NCBI GenBank assembly: GCA_963699445.1
Contig: CAVOTX010000010.1
Coordinates: 258,453-322,452, forward strand
Source of the DNA: an uncultured Planctomycetia bacterium
GTDB lineage: Bacteria; Planctomycetota; Planctomycetia; Pirellulales; PALSA-1355
Direction: 5' to 3'
Length of the DNA stretch: 64,000 nucleotides
Part shown: piece by piece, positions 10,701 through 21,248 of the stretch
How the letters are laid out: every line of letters begins with the position of its first letter
How positions within the stretch are numbered: the stretch's first letter is position 1
Notes under the pieces: model-generated
The model's database searches: none
What the model was told of the DNA's origin: nothing
Seen by the model: the letters and a program-made list of their open reading frames with translations, nothing else
Made by a program: the position numbers and the translations under genes

Positions 10701-11973
10701 CTAGGCAAACAACTCCTTGATCACCTTGCCGCTGTTGGCAATCTTCATCGGGCGGCCGTTCTTGCTGGTGAAGGTGGTCTCCAGCGAGATCCCCAAGCGC
10801 TTTGCAGACCGAGGCCATGACGTCTTGCGACGAGTAGGGCTCGGTCTCGACGTTCGTGCCGTCGGAGTTGGTCTTGCCGACGGCGATGCCGCCCTTCATG
10901 CCGGCGCCGCCCACCACGACGCTCCAACTGCGAGCCCAATGGTCGCGGCCGCCGTGCCGTTGATCCGCGGGGTGCGGCCGAACTCGCCCATCCAAATGAT
11001 GGCCGTGTCTTGCAGCAGGCCGCGCTCGTCGAGGTCTTCGACCAAGGCGCTCATGGCCTTGTCCAATTCGGGCAGTTTCGTGTCGCCAGCGACTTGAAGT
11101 TGTTGGCGTGCGTGTCCCAGCCGCCCAGGTCGACCTCGACGAACGACACGCCCTGCTCGACCAGCCGGCGAGCCATCAAGCAGCCGCGGCCGAATCCGGT
11201 CTTGCCGTAGCGCTCCTGGACTTCGGTCGGCTCCTTGTCGACCTTGAAGGCTTCCATCTGCTTGCTGGTCATCAGGCTCAAGGTCTTGTCGAGGACCTTG
11301 GCGTGATCCTCGGCCGACCATTGCTTCGTCTTGCGGCCCGGGCTGACCTGCTTCACGAAGCCGTTTTCGATCGGCCGCAGCATCTCCATGCGCTGCATGA
11401 GCGCGATCGTCGCATGCCCATGTTCAGGTTGCGGACGTTGCCGTCCGAACCGACGACGAACGGGGCGTACGTCATGCCCAGGAAGCCGGGACCGACGCTG
11501 CCGCCGCCGACGGACACGAACGGCGGGATTTCCAGTCCGCATATCCGACTTGTACAACTCGTGGCTGATGACCGAGCCGTAGCCGGGATGCTCGATGTTC
11601 GGATTGGGCACATAGCCGGTGTGCATGTAGTACCGGCCGCGGCATGTGATCGGCTTCGCGGGTGCTCATCGAGCGGATGATGGCCATGCTTGTGCATTTG
11701 CTTGGCCATCAGCGGCATGTGCTCGCTGATCTGCTCGTCGCCGCTGGTTGCGATCGGCTTGAAAGGACCGCCGGTCGGAGCCCCCGGCTTGAGGTCCCAG
11801 ATGTCGATCGTGGCCGGGCCGCCGCCCATCCACAGCATGATGGCCGATTTGTGCCGCTTCTTCAGGTCGGCCGCATTGGCTGCCAGGGCATTGGTGAACG
11901 TGATGGCGGGCAAGGCCAGCGCCGAGGCGCCGGCCAAGTGCTGCATGAAATGCCGACGGGACATGCCTCGCAT
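10701..11973 (-). pseudogene. DUF1501-domain (sulfatase-like) protein with TAT-type signal, four or more frame breaks
   Basis: ATG at 11973 ([23 protein letters not shown]), then [22 protein letters not shown]..., [34 protein letters not shown].... The C-terminus ...GRPMKIANSGKVIKELFA ends at a stop at 10701-10703. Pieces lie in ORFs 11353..11973, 11051..11626, 10896..11321 and 10453..10995. Confidence 0.85.
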
Positions 11974-12020
11974 GCGGTAAGCAGCCTGAAAAATGAACTC
12001 ATGTCGATCTCACGTAAGGC

Positions 12021-13812
12021 TTAGTGATTCAAAATAAACTCGTTGCTGTTGAGCACGGCCCACCACACATCTTGCAATGCCGCCACCGAATCGCCACCGC
12101 GCAGGCAGCCATCAATTCGTTGGCGCCCGTCGATTTCGCTGGTCGCGGGCCTGCGCGACAAGGCGGCCAGGAACAAGTAATTGATCTTGGCCGCGTTGTT
12201 CAGTCGATCGTTCATCGCCACCTGTTCAAGAAAGCTTCCCTTGTCGGTGCCGATCGCTTTCTTGATCAAGTCGCCGTTCATCATCATCAGCGTCTGCGGA
12301 ATCGTGCCGTTGAACGTCGTGGTTTCGTCGTTCTCGTCGGTGCCGAAGGCGATCGTGAACTGTTTCAGCCATTCGAGCTTGTCTTTTCCTGCTCTTCGTA
12401 GCTGCCGCCCGTCTTTTGGGCCTCGGTCGCGGTCAAGCAGCGATTCGTACAGCTCTTCGGCCCGCATCTGGCGCAGATAGAAGTGGCTGAACATCGGCTT
12501 TTCGCCCAGCGCCGGATCGTCCTTCTTATTGGTCGGGCTGTACTGGCTCGACAGCGAATAGGGCTCGCTGAGCATGATCCAGCGGATCAGTTCCTTCAGG
12601 TCGTAGCTGTGCATACGGAATTCTTTGCCCAGCGCTTCGAGCAGCTCCGGATGCGTCGGCGGGTTGTGCGGCCCAATGTCGTCGATCGGCTTGGTAAAGC
12701 CATAGCCCAGGAAGTGCGCCCACAGGCGATTGACGATGGCTTTGGGCATGTAGTCCGAGCCGACGATCAGCCTGGCCAACTCGCTGCGGCGATCGACCTC
12801 TTGCAGGTAGCCGCTCGACTTGATCTTCGTGCCATCGACGAACACCGGATACGCGGCTTGCATCTTGCCGTTGCGCAGCTCGTAGAACAGCACCGCCTCG
12901 TCCGGGCGATTGTCCTCGCCGGCGAAATCCTGGTTGACCAATTCGACCGAGACATCCCGGTCCTTGGGCCGACGCGGCGCATCGCCCGGGTTTGCCGGAA
13001 GAAGGCGTTCATCTCCCAGAACTGATTTTGCTTCCAATCGTTGAACGGATGGTTGTGGCACTGCGTGCATTGCACCTGCAAGCCGAGGAAAATCTGCGAG
13101 GTCTTGGCCGTCGCCTGGACGCCGTTCTCTTCCAGCTTGGCGGTCAGGAAATTCGTGAAGCCGTTGAAACTTCTCTTCTCCCGGCTTGTTCACGCCGGTG
13201 GCCGAAACCAACTTGGTCACCATTTGATCGTAGGGCATGTTGCGCTTGAACGATTGACGCAGGGCTTGCTGCAGGCCTGCGCGGTTCGTCATTGCGATCC
13301 TGCTCGCCGCCGCCCGCGCGGCCGATCAGGACGTTGGTCCAGATCGTCGTCCAATTGCGTGCGTACTCTTCGATCGCTTTCTCGTCGTCGCCCAGCAAGC
13401 TGTTGACCAGTTGCAGCTTTTTGTCGGGCGCTCTGTCGGCCACGAAACGACCGCACTCTTCGACCGTGGGAATGCGACCCAGCAGATCCAGGTACAAACG
13501 ACGGACCCATTCTCCGTCCGTTGCCGGCAGCGAAGGGGTCAACTGATGCGACGCCCAACCCTCACGAATTTTCTCGTTGATGAGTTCCACTTGCGGAATG
13601 CCGTGCGAATTCGCCTTGGTGGCCAACGACTTCTTGGCCTTGGCCAATTCCGCCTTGCTGGCCGCATCCGCCTTGCTGGCCGACGCTTTACCGGCCGAAG
13701 GCTTGCCCGACGAGTCGTCCGTCGCGGCAAGAGCGATCGCACCGGCCGCCAGCACCGCCATCAGGCTACCCAAGCCCCACACCGAACGGCTCGTCCACCT
13801 CGAGCGCCTCAT
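12021..13812 (-). pseudogene. DUF1549/DUF1553 (PSD1-type) protein, five or more frame breaks
   Basis: ATG at 13812 (MRRSRWTSRSVWGLGSLMAVLAAG). DUF1549-like DGEWVRRLYLDLLGRIPT, central [27 protein letters not shown] (ORF 12767..13081), C-terminal ...ALQDVWWAVLNSNEFILNH. Sits directly upstream of the DUF1501 gene, the classic planctomycete pairing. Confidence 0.85.
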
Positions 13813-14233
13813 CGCGACCTCGTCCATTGCCGTAAGAAGAGAAATATCGAGTACTTGCGACCACTCATCCTAATCCATTACAAGGCCCCGTCAACACTCC
13901 TTGGGACCGCTGGCAATCTCAGCCCACGGTCGAATCCAACCGCTTCCGCATGTCCCCCTTTGCGTGCGGACTCACTTGCAGCAATCTGACCCGCGGCGCA
14001 CGATCAGGGCAGCCTTCGATCAGACGACTGCACCCTGGATCGAGGGACCCTGGATCGAGGGACGCCAGGGAACCCGTTGCCCGTCGGACGGCTCAGGAGT
14101 GGGCGCTATGATTCGCAGTGCCCGGCCGGATTTATTGCATGCGGGAATCTTTCCGTTGCGGCCAGCGCGCCGTCAATCGGCGGTGTATCGTTTTGCTACA
14201 ACTGGATCAAAACGCTACACACTAAAATGCAAC

Positions 14234-14277
14234 AGGCGAGTTGGACACGGTTGTTCCACCGCATGTCCAACTCGCCT
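14234..14277 (-). terminator. candidate intrinsic terminator/stable hairpin ~250 nt downstream of the ABC gene
   Basis: Perfect 14-bp stem aggcgagttggaca / tgtccaactcgcct with a 16-nt loop. On the minus strand it is followed by tgttgcatttta. Confidence 0.3.
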
Positions 14278-14529
14278 TTGGTTGTGCAGAAATCGGCTAC
14301 AAAAGCCGGCTCGACGCATGCCTCAACTGTTCCGTTGTGCGCCGTAAGGCTTTATAGCTCCCTGATTTCCGTGCGACAAGTTGCAGACGCCCCCTCGCTA
14401 ACCGGCCCCAGACAGCATTGCTCTTCTCTGTTTCGGCCCCGAGTCGAAAGACTGCAGGTCGAAGACTGCCAGAAGCCACGCATTTGCCCTTTTAAGCAAA
14501 AGGTGTGCCAAGGACGAATGGCGGCCTTT

Positions 14530-16527
14530 TCAGGCGGTTTCTCGAAACTGCAGTTCGTAGAGCCGGCGGTAGGTATCGCAGCTCGCAACGAGTTGATCGT
14601 GGCTGCCAACCGCGACGATCCGGCCGTTCTGCATGACCACAATGCGGTCGGCCAAGGCCAACGTCGCCAGACGATGAGTGATGATGATGGTCGTCCGATT
14701 TCGCGTAAAATTCTCCAGCACACGATGAATCAACTGTTCGCTTTCCAGATCGATCTGACTGGTGGCCTCGTCAAGGATCAGGATCGCCGGGTCGCGGAGG
14801 ATGGCCCGGGCCAAGGCAATGCGTTGCCGCTGTCCGCCCGATAGTCGGCTGCCCTGGCTGCCCACGATGGTTTCATAGCCGTTTTCCAAGCGCGTTTCGA
14901 TGAATTTATGCGCATGGGCTTGCTTGGCGGCCTCGATCACGGCCTCGCGCGGCGCCGTCGGGTCGCCGTAGCGGATGTTGTTCAAGACGGTATCGTCGAA
15001 CAGCAGCGTTTCCTGGGCCACGATGCCAATCTGACTGCGTAGTTGCCGCATCCGCACCTCGCGCAGATCGACGCCGTCGAGCTTCACGCAGCCCACGGTT
15101 GGATCGAAGAACCGCGGGACCAGGTTGGCCAGCGTGCTCTTACCGCAACCGTTCGGTCCGACAATCGCCACGGTTTCGCCGGACGCGATCCGCAAATTGA
15201 TGCCCTCGAGGACCGGATGTCCGGGTTGATAGCCGAAGGTAACCTCCTCGAAGACCAGATCGCGGGCATGGCGTCCGAGGAGGCGTGGCTGCACGGGATC
15301 GGCAACGGCCGGCTCGCGGTCGAGCAATTGATAGACACGGTCGCTGGCGGCGGCGGCCCGCTGCAAGCGGTTGAAGACCTCCGACAGTTTGCGGGCCGGA
15401 TCGCTCGTGCCGGCCAGGAACCCGAAAAAGACCAAGATCGAGCTGAGCGTCAGCGGGCGATCGCACATCCGCACGCCGAACAAGTGGGTCGCCTGGTTGA
15501 GCACCAGGTAGGCACCGACGAGAATCGCCACGCAAATCGTGAAGATCCCCATGACCTCGGTCACCGGGTTGACCAGGGCGTCGAACATGGCGATCCGCAT
15601 TCCCTTGCGAAAGCACTGTTTGCTGACGACGTGAAACTTGCGCCGCTCGAATCGCTCCATGGTGAACGCTTTAACGACTTTGATGCCGCCGAAGGTCTCC
15701 ATCAAGACGTTGTACAGCGACGACATTTGCTCCATGGCCCGGCGGTTGGCCTTCTTGAGAGTCCGCGCCAGCCGGGCGATCAGGTATCCGGCCAGCGGAG
15801 CCACCAAGAGCGACAGCAGCAGCAGTTGCCAACACACCCAGGCCGCACCGACCAGGCAGGCGATCATTTTCAGCGGCTCGCGAATCGCGCGGCCGAAAAC
15901 GGTTTGCACGCCCTGCCCGACGCTGTCCAGGTCGTACGTAAAGCGGCTGATGAGGTCGCTGGTGCCGCTTTCGTTGAAGGTCGCCAGCTCCAGCCGCAGC
16001 GTCCGCCGATAGAACTTCTTGCGCAGGTCGAACACCGCCAGTTGGGCCAGGCGATCGACCATAAACTGCCCGAGCGTAAGAAACGTATCTTTGACCACGG
16101 TGCCCACCATCAACGCGGCAATCAGCGCCACCAGCGTCAGGAACGGATCCGTCGGCAGGTAGCGGTCGATGGGCGGCTTGAGCCATTGATAGCGGGCAAG
16201 CGCTTGCTGTTCGGCGGCCAGCCGCACGTCCAGGCGACCGATCTCGACGTCCAGCAGCTCCTGCTCGGCAGCGTTGGCCGTGCGCAGTTTCGCTGCCCGA
16301 GTCTCGAGCTCTCCTTGGAACTCGGCGATCTTTCGCTGCGAGTCGGCGATCTGGCCGTTCACCCAGTGTCCGAGCGATTCCTCCTGCAAGGTGACTTCGA
16401 CGATCGGGTAAACCGCGCCGATGTTGCCTCCCCAGAGCACGGCGACCACCAGCGAACTGAACACGCTGGCCGCGACCGTCCGGCGATAGCGGAGGCAGAG
16501 TCTGAGCGTTCGGACAAAGTTGTTCAT
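14530..16527 (-). CDS. ABC transporter, fused permease/ATP-binding (MsbA-like exporter) with long coiled-coil insert after TM1
   Basis: ORF 14530..16926; likely ATG at 16527 (MNNFVRTLRLCLRYRR...). Walker A GPNGCGKST, signature LSGGQRQR, Walker B ILILDEATS. No frame break over 1998 nt. Confidence 0.9.
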   Translation of the reverse strand: MNNFVRTLRLCLRYRRTVAASVFSSLVVAVLWGGNIGAVYPIVEVTLQEESLGHWVNGQIADSQRKIAEFQGELETRAAKLRTANAAEQELLDVEIGRLDVRLAAEQQALARYQWLKPPIDRYLPTDPFLTLVALIAALMVGTVVKDTFLTLGQFMVDRLAQLAVFDLRKKFYRRTLRLELATFNESGTSDLISRFTYDLDSVGQGVQTVFGRAIREPLKMIACLVGAAWVCWQLLLLSLLVAPLAGYLIARLARTLKKANRRAMEQMSSLYNVLMETFGGIKVVKAFTMERFERRKFHVVSKQCFRKGMRIAMFDALVNPVTEVMGIFTICVAILVGAYLVLNQATHLFGVRMCDRPLTLSSILVFFGFLAGTSDPARKLSEVFNRLQRAAAASDRVYQLLDREPAVADPVQPRLLGRHARDLVFEEVTFGYQPGHPVLEGINLRIASGETVAIVGPNGCGKSTLANLVPRFFDPTVGCVKLDGVDLREVRMRQLRSQIGIVAQETLLFDDTVLNNIRYGDPTAPREAVIEAAKQAHAHKFIETRLENGYETIVGSQGSRLSGGQRQRIALARAILRDPAILILDEATSQIDLESEQLIHRVLENFTRNRTTIIITHRLATLALADRIVVMQNGRIVAVGSHDQLVASCDTYRRLYELQFRETA

Positions 16528-17002
16528 CCGTGATTTTCTTCCTGCCGAAAGCCCCGCACGCCTGCCATCGGGCTTCCTGCCCGGATGCATCGCGGTCGGG
16601 TGAGCGCGGGGCTTTTTACCAGAATGGGGACCCAGGGCCAAGGCCGCGTGAACGCCGCAATTTTGCCTGTGCGTTGGCTCGCCCGACGGCTGACTCAGAC
16701 GACCGCGAAAAACTGCCCAACGCAGGCAAGATCGCAGCCCCATCTCGCCTGCTTTGGGCCGCGGCAGGCCGGACCGCTTCTGGCCAGGCGAAGGAGCGGC
16801 CGCGGCCACGCCGCCACGAGCTAGCACGAGCCGCAAGGCTGTGCAGGGCGGCGCGCCGGCAGGCTGGGTCGACTTTGCCGAAGGATCTCGAAATTCCGCA
16901 AGTGCCTGCTGTAGTGATTTGTTCAATTCTCGGGATTGTGCCGGACGATACTGGCAATGTCAGGCCCAAGACCTCACGAATAGGATAAAGGATACAGGAC
17001 CC

Positions 17003-17338
17003 ATGAAACGAATAATGTTTGCGATGTTGGCCGTCACGGCCCTGGCAGCCTCGAGCGGCTGCTGTTGCTTGGAACGCTGGTGGTGTCGACCCTGGGGCTG
17101 CAACAGCGGCAATTATGCGGGCGGCGGTTGCTGCGACAGCGGCTGCGGCGGCGGCGGTTGCGGCTGCGGTGGTGGCGGAATGGGACCGGGCAGCTACGCG
17201 GCCCGCCCGCCGCGCAATTCGGCCGGACAGCCCGCGTTCGACGACGGCTCTCCGTCGGGACAGGTTGCCTATCCGTATTACACCAATCGCGGACCGCGCG
17301 ATTTCCTGGCGCGTAATCCGCAGAGCATCGGTCCTTGA
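17003..17338 (+). CDS. small secreted Cys/Gly-rich protein with C-terminal YPYYTNRGPRDFL motif
   Basis: ATG at 17003: MKRIMFAMLAVTALAASSGCCCLERWWCRPWGCNSGNYAGGGCCDSGCGGGGCGCGGGG...VAYPYYTNRGPRDFLARNPQSIGP. It is the in-frame part of ORF 16754..17338. Signal/lipobox-like N-terminus. Confidence 0.6.
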   Translation: MKRIMFAMLAVTALAASSGCCCLERWWCRPWGCNSGNYAGGGCCDSGCGGGGCGCGGGGMGPGSYAARPPRNSAGQPAFDDGSPSGQVAYPYYTNRGPRDFLARNPQSIGP

Positions 17339-17562
17339 TCCGGACCGCCCGCGCCAAAGAGCCAATCAAGCCCGAGCCGCCGCGCTTCATCCGAAGTGCG
17401 GCGGCTCTTTTTCTTGGGGCGCAACCGGAAGGCTGCGAGGCGAAACGTCGGGGCAGGGGGCGGAACTCTTTCGACCGGGGTCGTTGCTTGCCGCCGCGGA
17501 AGAGATTAATCTGAGCGAGAGTCCCCCCCACCATTGCAGCCCCCTTCCGAGGAGATTTGGCC

Positions 17563-18889
17563 ATGAGCCAACAGAACAATCGTCGTGAGTTTCTGAAAAC
17601 CACGGCGGCGACAGGAGTAGGCTACTGGGTCGCCGGCGGCGCCCAGGCCGATGAAAGTCAGTCCAAGAGCGGTTCGCCCAACGAGAAGATCAATTTCGCT
17701 TGCATCGGCGTCGACGGCAAAGGCGACAGCGACTCGAACGATGCCGGCCGTCACGGCAACGTCGTCGCGATCTGCGATGTCGACGATAACAAACTGGACA
17801 AGGCGGCGCAGCGCTTCCCCAATGCCAAGAAGTACAATGACTTTCGCAAGATGTTCGACGAGATGGCCGCGAGCATCGACGCCGTCACCGTCAGCACCCC
17901 CGATCACACGCACGCCGTCGCCGCCATCCGGGCGATGAAGGAGAAGAAGGCCTGCTTCACGCAGAAGCCGCTGACGCACAGCTTGTGGGAGGCTCGCCGC
18001 ATGGCGGAAGTCGCGCGCGAAATGAAGGTTGCCACACAGATGGGCAATCAAGGAACCGCAGGCGGCGGGTTGCGCAAGGCCGCGGCCGTCGTTCAGGCCG
18101 GCGCGCTGGGACCGGTGAGCGAAGTACACGTCTGGACCAATCGACCGATCTGGCCGCAGGGCGGACCGCGTCCGGCTGCCAAAGAAGCGCCCAAGAACCT
18201 GCACTGGGAATTGTGGCTCGGCCCGGCCCCCGAAATCGCATACGGCGACGGCTATCACCCGTTCGCTTGGCGCGGCTGGTGGGACTTCGGCACCGGCGCC
18301 TTGGGCGACATGGCCTGCCACACGATGAACATGCCGTTCATGGCCCTCAACCTACGTGACCCGATTTCGGTCGAAGCCGAGACGTCCGGCCACAACAAGG
18401 AAAGCTATCCCAAGTGGTCGGTCATCCGCTATGAATTTCCCGCCACGGACAAGCGCCCGGCCGTCAAGATGACCTGGTACGACGGCGGCAAACGCCCGCC
18501 GAACGAACTGTTCGAGGGAGCGAAGCTCGAAAGCTCCGGCGCCTCTGATCGTCGGCGAGAAGGGCAAACTCTATTCGCCCGGCGATTACGCCGGCCCCCT
18601 GACGCTGTTGGGTGGCATCACCGAACCCGAAGTGAAGTATCCCGAGTCGCCGGGACACTTCGAAGAATACGTGCGGGCCATCAAGGGCGGCGAACCCGCG
18701 ATGTCGAATTTCCCCGATTACGCCGGACCGCTGACCGAGACCGTGCTGTTGGGCAACCTGGCGGTCTGGGCGGCCGACACCGGAAGCGGCAAGAAGATCG
18801 AATGGGACGCCAAGAATCTCAAGGCGACCAACGCTCCGGAGTTGGACAAGATCATCAAGCCCGAGTTCCGCGAAGGCTATTCGGTCTGA
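17563..18889 (+). CDS. Gfo/Idh/MocA-family oxidoreductase with twin-arginine signal; one frame break
   Basis: GAGGAG 8 nt upstream of the ATG at 17563. [29 protein letters not shown], Rossmann segment [15 protein letters not shown]. Frame break near 18540 joins ORF 17557..19047 to ORF 18608..18889 (...[15 protein letters not shown]...EFREGYSV). Confidence 0.85.
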
Positions 18890-19043
18890 GCCGCGGCGCA
18901 ACTTGTATCAACGACTGCGAGCGCTCGGCACCGGCCGGGCGCTCGCAGTTTCGTTTCGATCCCGGGCAGTTCCCGGCGCGAATGTTTCGCCGCCGGCACG
19001 GATCGAGCTGCGAATTGCCACGGCCACCCCCGGCGACGCATCA

Positions 19044-21248
19044 TTGAACGGCGTCGATCGCCACGACGTCCACGTGCGGGGTGTTCGGCAGTGTGATGCT
19101 GCTGATCGTCTTGGTGCTGTCGACGTCGAAGACGTAGCCGTAAACGTAGAACGTGCGGTTATCGGTCACGCCGCTGGACACGTTGCGATACACCATCGTG
19201 ACTGCGGTCGACTCGCCCGCGTAGCCCTGCGGCGCGTACCAATCGCTCAGGTTCTGCGTAAAGGTCGCCGACGTGCCGTCGGTGTAATGGACGACAAAGA
19301 CCTGAGCGGTCTGATTGCCTTCGACTGCGGTCGCGAGCATTTCCACCTTGGAGAAATTGCCGGTCGGCAAGGCGATGGTCTGGCCGACCGCTTGAACGAC
19401 ATTGTTCGATCCGACCGGTGCAATTGCGAAGCTGACGCCGTTCCAGGTCTGACTGTTGCCCAACAGCGTGCCGCTCAGGGCATTGCCCACGCCGTCCAAT
19501 CCGCCTGTGAACGCGGTCCCATTGGCGGTGATGCCCACCAGGTTCAGCGCGGCGGAAAGATCGACTTTCGTCGTCGTTCCGGAACTCGGCGCCGTCGCGG
19601 AGACCTCCGTCGAACTGGGGCTGCTTGCCGGGCCGTTGAGAGCTTGAATCACGTAGTAGTATGCGTTGCCCGGCACGACGCTCGTGTCCTGATAGCTCGT
19701 GGCGGTTGCCGGCAGCGGAATGGCGTTCAGCGGCGTTGTCGATTCGCCACCGCCGAGGGTGCCGCGAAAGACGTTGAATCCGGTCACCGTTTCGTCGGGT
19801 GCCGCCCACGACAAACTGATTTGGCCGGAGGAGCCGGCGCTGGCGGCGAGCCCTGTGGGGGCGGCCACCGCCGCAACCGCGTTGATCGCCAGGACCTCCA
19901 CATTCTTATCGTTGGGGAGCGTGATGAAACTGACAGTCTTGGACCGGTCGACCGGGATGATATATCCGTACACGTCGAAGGTCCGGTTATCCGTGCTGCC
20001 GCCGGACGTATTTCGATAGGCCGTCGTCACTGCCACGTATTCGCCGGCGTACGACTGCGGCGTGTGCCAGTCACTGATGCTTTGAGTGTATGTCGTCGAA
20101 GTGCCATCGGTATAGTTGACGGTAAAGGTCTGGTTGATCTGGTTGCCGTTGACCGCTGTTGCCAGCAAGTCCAGTTGCGCATACCGACCCTGCGGCAGAG
20201 TGACGGTCTGGCCAGTGGCCTGAACGACGTTGTTGGACCCGGCGGCCCCGATGACGAACGGCACGGCGTCCCAGGTCTGGCTGGTGCCGAGCAGGTTCGC
20301 CGACAGGGCATTGCCCTCGCCGTCCAACCCGCCTGTAAACTTGGCTCCGTTGCTGGTGATGCCGGTGAGGTTGAACGCGCCAGCCAGATCGGCTTGCACG
20401 TTGCCCGTATTATCGGTGATCGCGGCCGAAGCTTCGTTGCTGTCGGCGCTGGCTGCCGGTCCGTTCAGAGCCCGCACGAAGTAATAGTAGGTATTGCCCG
20501 GCACCACGTTGGCGTCCAGGAAGGTTGTGTCGCTCGGCGACAAGGGCGTGGCGTTGAGCGGGGTCGCCAATTCTCCGCCGCTGGCCGTTCCACGATAGAC
20601 GTTGTAGCCGGTGATATTGCCGGTGGCGGCCGTCCATGACAGCTCGATTCCGCTGCCCCCGCCTTCCTGAGTGAGCTGGAGACTGAAGTTCGTCTGGGCG
20701 GCCACGTTCGTCGGCGGGGCCACGGCGGCGAGGGTGCTGATGGCGAGCAGCTCGACATCTTTGTCGTTGGGCAGCGTGATGCTGCTCACCGTCTTGGAGC
20801 CGTCGAGCTCGAGGGAATAGCCGTAAACGTTGAAGTTGCGGTTGTCGGCGCCGCCGCCGGCCGTGTTCCGATGCGTGGTTTGCACGGCCACCGATTCGCC
20901 GGCGAAGTTCTGCGGCGTGTACCAGTCGCTCAGGCTCTGCGTCAGGGTGGTGGACGTCCCGTCGCTGTAGTTGACCGTGAACACCTGATTGCGCTGGTTG
21001 CCTTCGACAGCGGTCGCCAAGAACTCGATCTCGGTGTATTGGCCCGAGGGCAGGGCGATTGTCTGACCGGCGGACTGAATGACATTGTTCGATCCGGCGG
21101 CGCCGAGGGTGAAGTTGACTCCATTCCAGACCTGGCCGGTGCCCAGCACGTTTGCCGATAGCGCATTGCCCACGCCGTCCAACCCGCCGGTGAACTTGGC
21201 CCCGTTGGCAGTGATGCCCATCAGGTTGAATGCGCCGGACAGGTCGAC
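19044..21248 (-). repeat. three tandem coding repeat units (about 855, 828 and 522 nt)
   Basis: Units start at about 21248, 20393 and 19565 with DL[SA]GAFNL.GIT.NGA.FTGGLDG.GNALS...SDW..PQ..AGE..AV....RN...G..DNR.F.VYGY......K.V..ITLPN. Units 1 and 2 add an FN3-like module (G[YF]NV[YF]RGT..GGE...PLNA.PL......D..VVPGN.YYY). Confidence 0.8.

Noticed and set aside
13921-13945. tRNA-like T-loop sequence ggtcgaatcc (13928-13937).
   Set aside because: The flanks do not form a T-stem, acceptor stem or anticodon arm. No cloverleaf can be drawn.
16527-17002. Stem aaagccccgc/gcggggcttt (about 16549-16614) followed by tttta, considered as a terminator.
   Set aside because: No upstream plus-strand gene would need it. 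It lies in the 5' leader of the minus-strand ABC gene and has a very long (~45-nt) loop. At most it is an uncharacterised leader structure.
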